A stretch of DNA of 28,722 nt from a virus (taxonomy: Duplodnaviria > Caudoviricetes), in the IMG/VR virus record IMGVR_UViG_3300030397_000424, positions 1 to 28,722 of that record; one strand, given 5' to 3'. This document shows positions 17,977-24,012 of the stretch, one piece after another. The notes under the pieces are model-generated. The model made no database searches, was not told where the DNA came from, and saw only the letters and a program-made list of their open reading frames with translations. How positions within the stretch are numbered: the stretch's first letter is position 1; every line of letters begins with the position of its first letter. Made by a program: the position numbers and the translations under genes.

Positions 17977-18186
17977 ATGAATCACCAAATAGTTTTGAAT
18001 GAAATTGCGGAGCGCTTTCCAAACGAAGAGCTTACAACGACTAGTCATAATTTGAAGTGTTTGGCTAGGTATTCAAAAGCCACCCAAAGAGCTTATATTG
18101 CGAAAGCCATTCGCTGGGCTTTGGAAGGAAACGATCAGCGTTTTCTGATGGTGGGTTTTAAAAGATTCATGGCTGAAGTTCACTAA
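17977..18186 (+). CDS. Hypothetical early protein (69 aa) between the two ribozymes
   Basis: AGAGG RBS and ATG at 17977 (MNHQIVL...). Confidence 0.65.
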   Translation: MNHQIVLNEIAERFPNEELTTTSHNLKCLARYSKATQRAYIAKAIRWALEGNDQRFLMVGFKRFMAEVH

Positions 18187-18192
18187 ATAAAA

Positions 18193-18257
18193 CGAAACCG
18201 CCTAAACGGGCGGTCTAGGGCGAGCGGGTTGAAACGTCCTACTGATGAGAAACCCTT
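18193..18257 (+). ncRNA. Type II hammerhead ribozyme with pseudoknot (HH2)
   Basis: C-GAAA (18193-97), stem III CCGCCU/GGGCGG, GUC (cut after 18215), stem I UAGGGCG/CGUCCUA, CUGAUGA (18242-48), 1-bp stem II G-C. Loop I GGGUU pairs with AACCC (18251-55). Confidence 0.92.
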
Positions 18258-18312
18258 GTTATTTGAAATAGGGCATTGCCCAAACAACCTAAAAACACGC
18301 GAGGTGTTTATT

Positions 18313-18783
18313 ATGGCAGCATCGAAAAACGAAGCTACGTTCTCGACAGTATTGGCAGCAGGATCGGTTCTTTCCTACAACGAGTGCAAAAAGCGATTCG
18401 CGGTAGAATCCGAGGCCTTCGAAGGTTCTCGTGATGAAGAAATAGCGGCTCATCCTGAGCGTTATCCTGTTTTCAATATTGATTTTTCAGGGCTCACCGT
18501 TGAACAGTTAGCTGATTGGAGTCTCTTCCATACGGCTATCATCGACAAGGCCAGGAAAGAGTTTCGTAAGAAAGATCCTGAACAGGCAGCCGAATGGCGA
18601 GCACAGTGGGAGGCTACGGAGCAAGGGAATCCAATCGTTGAGCTTTCGGCTAAAGATATGGCAGGGATGAAACTCCCTGAATCGGCAGCTGAAGTCGCAG
18701 CGAAGGTCGAGAAGATGGCTAGTAAGATGTCACCTGAAATGATCGAAGCGCTTATGGAGAAACTCAAGGCGCAGATGAAGTAG
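18313..18783 (+). CDS. Hypothetical early protein (156 aa)
   Basis: GAGGTG RBS and ATG at 18313 (MAASKNE...). The track's TTG start at 18229 lies inside HH2. Confidence 0.75.
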   Translation: MAASKNEATFSTVLAAGSVLSYNECKKRFAVESEAFEGSRDEEIAAHPERYPVFNIDFSGLTVEQLADWSLFHTAIIDKARKEFRKKDPEQAAEWRAQWEATEQGNPIVELSAKDMAGMKLPESAAEVAAKVEKMASKMSPEMIEALMEKLKAQMK

Positions 18784-18796
18784 AAGGTGTCTCGGC

Positions 18797-18846
18797 AGGG
18801 TACGCGGTTCTAGGCCGAACGGGAGGTTCAACTCCTCCCTACTCTC
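18797..18846 (+). ncRNA. tRNA-like minihelix 1 (acceptor-like stem + T-arm)
   Basis: AGGGUA-cg[CGGU ucuag GCCG]aac-GGGAGG-UUCAACU-CCUCCC-UACUCU-c: 6+6 bp stacked stems and a canonical 7-nt T-loop, with no D-arm and no CCA. Confidence 0.65.
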
Positions 18847-18910
18847 TTCTCGAAAGAGAATCTCGAAAGAGAAAGGTTGTTGTTCCTTGAAAACGTATTT
18901 GCGAAATCCT

Positions 18911-19117
18911 ATGAAAATTCCTAGATCGGTTGTGTACTTTGGCTGGTTGATACTCTGTGTAGTCTTTATCTTTGTGTTCTTCCTAGATGCGATTGCCTGG
19001 TATCTTGAGCCAATCGAGAGTACAGAATTAATCTGTCAACAGATCTTTTCCTATCAAGATGATGCGGCATTTGCTGGAGAGCTTGCGAGGTACGATTGTT
19101 GGACAGAACAGAAATGA
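18911..19117 (+). CDS. Small membrane protein
   Basis: MKIPRSVVYFGWLILCVVFIFVFFLDAIAWY, one TM helix; weak RBS. Confidence 0.55.
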   Translation: MKIPRSVVYFGWLILCVVFIFVFFLDAIAWYLEPIESTELICQQIFSYQDDAAFAGELARYDCWTEQK

Positions 19118-19122
19118 GGGTG

Positions 19123-19142
19123 CTTTATTCAATAAAGTTCCT
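19123..19142 (+). promoter_or_regulatory. Palindromic box CTTTATTCAATAAAG-TTCCT
   Basis: 20/20 identical to the minus-strand copy at 7796-7815. Confidence 0.7.
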
Positions 19143-19147
19143 CGGTA

Positions 19148-19190
19148 TGGGTGACAGGCAGACTCCTGGGTTCAAGTCCCAGGCGCTCAC
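19148..19190 (+). ncRNA. tRNA-like minihelix 2 (acceptor-like stem + T-arm)
   Basis: UGGGUG-acaggcagacu-CCUGGG-UUCAAGU-CCCAGG-CGCUCA-c: the same 6+6 bp plus T-loop design as element 1. Confidence 0.6.
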
Positions 19191-19248
19191 AACAGGCGCA
19201 ATGCGCCAATAGCAAATATGTTCTTTGTCTTATAAACTGAGGTGCGTT

Positions 19249-19545
19249 ATGAGTACAGACTCATTGCCTAAAAAGCAACCCCTTCGCATGTTTAAACTGA
19301 CTCCTCTGGAGGACGGTGACAGCCAGCCCTTAGTGGCGACAGCGGATAGATCTCACGATTGGATCTTTACGATCACAGTCTGGGCACTAGACCTGAAACT
19401 GGCACAGTACTACGCGAGGTCTCACGTTGACGCTCAGGTTGACTTCATCAAGCCAGAATGTTGGCAGAAGTGGAGAGGGCCTTTGCGCTGTGAAGAGGTC
19501 GTCCCTAAGGAAGGTGTTCTCTACGTAGGACATAACATCCAATAG
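19249..19545 (+). CDS. Hypothetical protein (98 aa)
   Basis: GAGGTG RBS and ATG at 19249. Confidence 0.65.
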   Translation: MSTDSLPKKQPLRMFKLTPLEDGDSQPLVATADRSHDWIFTITVWALDLKLAQYYARSHVDAQVDFIKPECWQKWRGPLRCEEVVPKEGVLYVGHNIQ

Positions 19546-19580
19546 GGGAGCGGTCGAGACTGGAGGCGCTTCCAATCTAC

Positions 19581-19808
19581 GTGTAGACGGGTAAACCGTA
19601 GACAGTGTAGACGGGGGGTGCTTCCCGAGGCCGCTTCAGGCAGAGGCTCCGCTCCTCAGTGGCTAGTTCCTTCTTTATGAATTTTTTTTTAATATTTTTT
19701 TCTATTATATAGTTGGCATAGCTTTTGCATATGATCCGAATACCCTCCCGAAGGTTCCCCGGTCTACACCGCTGACCGTTTACACTTTCATCTACACCCT
19801 ATGTAAAC
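19581..19808. other. Putative replication origin: inverted iteron clusters flanking an AT-rich core
   Basis: GTARAC at 19583, 19591, 19598 and 19607; T-rich tract at about 19669-19714; reverse-orientation copies GTCTACAC 19762, GTTTACAC 19778 and ATCTACAC 19790; no ORF. Confidence 0.5.
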
Positions 19809-19825
19809 TATTTTTCGGGATAGGG

Positions 19826-19854
19826 TTGCATTTGTGTGTGGAATGTGTTATATT
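19826..19854 (+). promoter_or_regulatory. sigma70-type promoter
   Basis: TTGCAT-17 nt-TATATT with TGn extended -10. Confidence 0.7.
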
Positions 19855-19993
19855 GTGTCTGTATATGTTGCACTCCCGCGTGAGCCCTCGGTGTTCAGGA
19901 ACGCAAATAAGGCAGCATATGCGCCTCTCAAATGTTCTTTCTCAAGTCTGTTTTTCTATTCTCCTTCCCTTTTCATAACGTGAGGTTATTTTT

Positions 19994-20368
19994 ATGACGA
20001 TTCTAGTCAGGGTTGTTCTGTTTCTTTGTGTCCTATTACTATTCGTATTCGGCGCGAAGGCGCAGGAGGCACCTAACAAGATCAACTGTCAACAAGTTTC
20101 AGGTGAGTACATCTGTGAAGTGTACGAGAAACAAACCTATGAAGATGGTGAGGCTCTTCGGATCGCCAGCCAGGTTTCGGCGCGGCAAAATACAGACCTC
20201 GTTATCGGTACAGATTCCCTCTTCGTGCGCTACGTTGATAAAACCTACATTGTTCGAGGTTATGGGGCCGGTCAGGGCACTACGCAAGAACTTGTCCGTT
20301 CCTCGAATGTGAAGGATCTCCGAAACGAGCTCATTGTGCTTATCAATGGGATCAGGTTGGAAGATTAG
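19994..20368 (+). CDS. Secreted/periplasmic hypothetical protein
   Basis: GAGG RBS and a signal peptide MTILVRVVLFLCVLLLFVFGAKA|QE (AxA cleavage site). Confidence 0.7.
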   Translation: MTILVRVVLFLCVLLLFVFGAKAQEAPNKINCQQVSGEYICEVYEKQTYEDGEALRIASQVSARQNTDLVIGTDSLFVRYVDKTYIVRGYGAGQGTTQELVRSSNVKDLRNELIVLINGIRLED

Positions 20369-20504
20369 GGGGACCGCGCCTTTTCAAGGCGCCTATCTCG
20401 GTCGGCTCAACTAATGGCGCTCAGGAACCCTCCTGCACCGTTGGTGGGGTCGACCTCTTCCTATTCCTGGACGTAGAAAACAGACCAGACTTTTAAACAA
20501 ACCT

Positions 20505-21032
20505 ATGGAATCTTTAACAGAATTATTACCCAACAGCCAACGTCCAGCCTGCCATATGTGCGGATCTAAGAGCGACAAGGTTCAGCTCGTTACGCTGGCA
20601 ACGATCCAAACAGAAAACAACCAACACCTTACTCACTTCGTAGGCAAATACCTCTGCGAGCATCACAAGGTGCTCGTTATGGCAGGTGGAGATCTTGTCT
20701 GGAAACGCATCCCGCTCATGTTCTTTCGAGTCAGGCGATATCAGAACAACCAACGGCTCTGTCTGTCCGCACATAACAAGGACGGTGAGGAGGTCGTTCG
20801 GTTTACAACTAACCTCCCGGAAGAGACGCTCAACCAGGCGAACCGTGAGGTATTCCTCAAGAACTGGAGCGAGAACGAGAATCTGTACAGGTGGATGGTT
20901 GAACATTGCCTTGTTGAGCCGACGCAGGTCTTTGCCCCTGCAGGCTATGCGATTTCACCTCTTGTTCGTCTGACCGACCGTGCGATGGAGCTCTTTGAGC
21001 TGACGGACGAAGACCTAGAAGAGACTCTCTAG
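20505..21032 (+). CDS. Zn-finger + DUF4313-like protein
   Basis: CHMC...CEHH metal ligands; C-terminal TTNLPE...VFLKNWSENENLYRWMVEHCLVEPT pattern. Confidence 0.55.
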   Translation: MESLTELLPNSQRPACHMCGSKSDKVQLVTLATIQTENNQHLTHFVGKYLCEHHKVLVMAGGDLVWKRIPLMFFRVRRYQNNQRLCLSAHNKDGEEVVRFTTNLPEETLNQANREVFLKNWSENENLYRWMVEHCLVEPTQVFAPAGYAISPLVRLTDRAMELFELTDEDLEETL

Positions 21033-21046
21033 ATACCACCAGCATA

Positions 21047-21061
21047 CTTTATTCAATAAAG
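21047..21061 (+). promoter_or_regulatory. Palindromic box CTTTATTCAATAAAG
   Basis: Perfect copy in the intergenic gap, 20 nt before the ATG at 21082. Confidence 0.7.
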
Positions 21062-21081
21062 ACCCTCGACCAATAGTTAGA

Positions 21082-21477
21082 ATGAATAAGATCAGACGAA
21101 TCACCGTCAGCGGTAAGATTGACCTGCGCTCCCTAGCTACCATCGTAAAGTGGCTAGTGTCGAACGGCATCAGACCCTCCACCAAGAGCGACGCCTTGCA
21201 TATGTCTATCGAGACGCTCGCAGATCAGGTTATGAAAACTGGAGCCGGTACGCTATTCACCTCAGTTGATGAGGCCATTGGCTACCTGTCCGCAGTGGGG
21301 CTTGAGTTTCATCCTGACAAGAAGACAAAACAGGGACGTGAGTTATTCACCGCCCTTACTTTACCAGAGCTGGATACTCCTGAAGACCTACGAGCCCGCG
21401 CAAACCTACAGAATGATTTCGAGGAAGCGCTTGCTCAATTCAGGAACCAGCAAAACCAGGATATTAATGCTGAGTGA
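21082..21477 (+). CDS. Putative ribbon-helix-helix DNA-binding protein
   Basis: N-terminal strand RRITVSGKID, helix LRSLATIVKWL, then STKSDALHMSIETLA (helix B pattern). Confidence 0.45.
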   Translation: MNKIRRITVSGKIDLRSLATIVKWLVSNGIRPSTKSDALHMSIETLADQVMKTGAGTLFTSVDEAIGYLSAVGLEFHPDKKTKQGRELFTALTLPELDTPEDLRARANLQNDFEEALAQFRNQQNQDINAE

Positions 21478-21982
21478 CTATCCAAATACACAGGCGCCTG
21501 AACCGACGCCACCTAAAGAGGACGGCCCTAAAGCTAGAGGCCTACGTCCACCAATCCAGGAGCACCTAATCCGCTGGATCACATCTCAGGGACTCTCAAG
21601 CACAGCTGCGGAGGCGCTAACCCTCTCCTTCTATGACAGGGTTCTAGCTAAGGCCAAAAAAGAGGGCGCACGTAAGGTTGGTATAACCTACGATGTTGGC
21701 TTTGAGCATGAGTATATCAAAATCTCCTTCCACGAAAGCCGAGACCTTGACCCTGAAGAACTCCTAGGTAAGTACCTCTTCGAGCACGACATCAAAGGGG
21801 AGTGGCGTGTAGCCTCTTCTAAGAAATCTGCTGGTCAAGTCATCTACACCTGCAAGCCCGACGCCAAGACAAAGCTTAAAAAGGGACGAGCGGACGCTGC
21901 TCTCAAGGCGGTCGATAAGCTCTCTCCGAAACAGGCCCAGCTTATGCTTGAAGCCTTACAAGCTATGATGAATAAAACCTAA
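21467..21982 (+). CDS. Hypothetical protein (171 aa)
   Basis: AGGA RBS and ATG at 21467 (MLSDYP...). The longer track start overlaps the upstream gene. Confidence 0.7.
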   Translation: MLSDYPNTQAPEPTPPKEDGPKARGLRPPIQEHLIRWITSQGLSSTAAEALTLSFYDRVLAKAKKEGARKVGITYDVGFEHEYIKISFHESRDLDPEELLGKYLFEHDIKGEWRVASSKKSAGQVIYTCKPDAKTKLKKGRADAALKAVDKLSPKQAQLMLEALQAMMNKT

Positions 21983-21993
21983 AATCTAATCCT

Positions 21994-22821
21994 ATGCAAG
22001 ACAGAAAACAGCCGTATCGCACAGGCGGTATGAGCAAAACCCGAATCGAGGAGCATCTCGCAGACAAATTCGATGATTTCCTCAAATCTCTCACTGATAG
22101 CCAACTTCGACATGACCTAAGAGAGGGCGCAATCATTACAGGTGGGTCAATCGCCTCCCTTCTTCTAGGTGAGCGCGTCAATGACTACGACATCTACCTC
22201 AAAGATGAAAAGCTAGCCAAGGCGGTCAGGAAATATTTCTTCATCAATACGAAAAACGAGGATCTACCCGACTCCTGGAGCCCCGAATGGCTTGCTGGGT
22301 ATCTCGAAGACAACATCCTAGTAGAGCCAGAGGTTATCGAGCTTGAAATCAGGCCTCCATACCACCTCCGAGCCATAACACAGAATGCAATCTCCCTTGC
22401 TAATGGCATCCAGATCATAACCCGTTTCACCGGGGGCGTTGAGGAAATCCACGCCTGCTATGATTTCATCCATTGCACGAACTGGTGGGATGCTAAGACA
22501 GGACAGCTCCACCTTAAGATGGATGCTCTTGAAAGCCTCATGGCTAAACAGCTCCGATACAGGGGCAGCCGATTTCCTATCTGTTCTCTCCTGCGTACAA
22601 GGAAGTTCCTCAAGCGAGGCTGGACGATCAACGCAGGTCAAATGCTCAAGATCATGCTTCAGGTTAGTGACCTCGACCTCCACGATACCAACGTCCTCAA
22701 GGAACAGCTCATCGGAGTCGATAGCGTGTATTTCAACAGCCTTCTTTCAGCAATTAAGGAGTCTCCCGAACAAATCGACCGAGACGGTCTAGTCCGGCTC
22801 ATAGATGCAACCTTCCACTAA
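21994..22821 (+). CDS. Nucleotidyltransferase (pol beta superfamily) domain protein
   Basis: IITGGSIASLLLGERVNDYDIY = hGG...DxD signature; YDFIHC and RTRKFLKRGW motifs. Confidence 0.7.
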   Translation: MQDRKQPYRTGGMSKTRIEEHLADKFDDFLKSLTDSQLRHDLREGAIITGGSIASLLLGERVNDYDIYLKDEKLAKAVRKYFFINTKNEDLPDSWSPEWLAGYLEDNILVEPEVIELEIRPPYHLRAITQNAISLANGIQIITRFTGGVEEIHACYDFIHCTNWWDAKTGQLHLKMDALESLMAKQLRYRGSRFPICSLLRTRKFLKRGWTINAGQMLKIMLQVSDLDLHDTNVLKEQLIGVDSVYFNSLLSAIKESPEQIDRDGLVRLIDATFH

Positions 22822-22822
22822 A

Positions 22823-22854
22823 GTGAAGTTTCTGTGAAGACTTTCACCTTTTTT
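22823..22854 (+). terminator. Intrinsic terminator
   Basis: GTGAAGTTTC-tgt-GAAGACTTTCAC imperfect hairpin followed by CTTTTTT, right after the stop. Confidence 0.55.
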
Positions 22855-22874
22855 CAATAAGGCGGAAACAAGGG

Positions 22875-22903
22875 TTGCTTATCAACGTTTAATTTTGTAC
22901 ATT
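22875..22903 (+). promoter_or_regulatory. sigma70-type promoter
   Basis: TTGCTT-17 nt-TACATT. It shares TTTTGTACATTGA with the 17348 promoter and AGGGTTGC with the 19826 promoter. Confidence 0.7.
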
Positions 22904-22969
22904 GAAACACATTGAACCCGCGAGGTTCATCTTTGCAAAAACCCTATTAACTCGTAAGAGGTAATTATC

Positions 22970-23377
22970 ATGGCAGAAACAGCCGTAGAAGCGGTAGACA
23001 CCGCAGCAGAAGAATCAGTCCTTATCACAGCCAAAGCCGGTAGCGGCGATGTGACAGCCGAAGCGTCCTGGAACCCAGGCGCGACCATCGAAGAGGCTTT
23101 AGACCTGTATGGTGAAGAGATTGTATTCGGATATTTCAAGGCGCACGGTACGCGTAATCTCCAGAACAGCATTCGCAGTATTCTCGCAGGTGGCGGCGAT
23201 CAAGCCAAGGTCACGGAGACTCTGAAGGATTGGAAACCTGGCGTAACGAGACGCGCAACGGCAGATCCTGTCGGCAAGTTTATCAAGGCGTTCGGTAACA
23301 TGGATGAAGCTCAGCAGGCTGAGATGCTCCAACGGTTGCAGGCGCAGTTGAAGGCTGGCGACGAATCTGCCGAGTAA
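22970..23377 (+). CDS. Hypothetical protein (135 aa), probably highly expressed
   Basis: GAGGT RBS, with its own promoter and terminator. Confidence 0.8.
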   Translation: MAETAVEAVDTAAEESVLITAKAGSGDVTAEASWNPGATIEEALDLYGEEIVFGYFKAHGTRNLQNSIRSILAGGGDQAKVTETLKDWKPGVTRRATADPVGKFIKAFGNMDEAQQAEMLQRLQAQLKAGDESAE

Positions 23378-23413
23378 GGTCTTGCCTGCTCCTGGGCACC
23401 TCGCGCAAGGATT

Positions 23414-23446
23414 GGAGGGTCACTTCGGTGGCACCTCCTCTCTTTG
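23414..23446 (+). terminator. Terminator-like hairpin
   Basis: GGAGGGTCAC-TTCG-GTGGCACCTCC (cUUCGg loop) followed by TCTCTTTG. Confidence 0.55.
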
Positions 23447-23482
23447 TACCTATTTTCAAAAGCACATTTTTGTACGAGCCAA

Positions 23483-23815
23483 ATGCCAAAGAATATTACA
23501 TTAAAGAGGGGATCTAGTATAGCCTACATACCTACTCATATAGAGAGAAGTATTCCCAAGAAACAGTGGCTTGATCATAAAGACACACAGATAGGTTTTG
23601 TAACTTCTATCAAAGGTAACATAATCTTTTGTAGATATTGGAACTTGGAATGGAAGACTCTACGGACAAGAGCTAACAGTGAAGGAGCTAATAGAGAGAA
23701 TGTCTACCCGCTAAACGAGTTAGTAACACCCTGTAGAAAGAAGATGGGCGACTTTCCGCCTAAAAAAGTGATAAACGCCTGGCTCACCATTATAGACTAT
23801 GAGAGGAAGGCATGA
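23483..23815 (+). CDS. Hypothetical protein
   Basis: ATG at 23483 (MPKNITL...), ATGA overlap with the next gene, visibly more A-rich than its neighbours. Confidence 0.65.
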   Translation: MPKNITLKRGSSIAYIPTHIERSIPKKQWLDHKDTQIGFVTSIKGNIIFCRYWNLEWKTLRTRANSEGANRENVYPLNELVTPCRKKMGDFPPKKVINAWLTIIDYERKA

Positions 23816-24012
23816 TAAAACCTCCCAACAAAGTTGACGCTCCGACAGTACCTCTATCTGAAATCAGGAGGTTCTACACCTGGCTCGGTGAGCAACTCGA
23901 CTATTATAACTCTTTCGTCGAGGACACCGAATGGTATGAGGGTGCTGCATTTTCAATGATAGAAGTTCGAGAACATATAGAACAGACAATCCTAAAAAAC
24001 TATGACATTTGA
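23812..24012 (+). CDS. Hypothetical protein (66 aa)
   Basis: GAGG RBS, overlapping both neighbours. Confidence 0.6.
   Translation: MIKPPNKVDAPTVPLSEIRRFYTWLGEQLDYYNSFVEDTEWYEGAAFSMIEVREHIEQTILKNYDI

Noticed and set aside
19118-19165. HDV-like (theta) ribozyme suggested by TTCCTCGG next to a tRNA-like element
   Set aside because: No P1/P2 pairing partners were found in the required nested double-pseudoknot order.
18779-19192. Bona fide tRNA genes at the two T-arm motifs
   Set aside because: No D-arm and anticodon arm with canonical geometry could be folded and there is no CCA; reported as tRNA-like minihelices instead.
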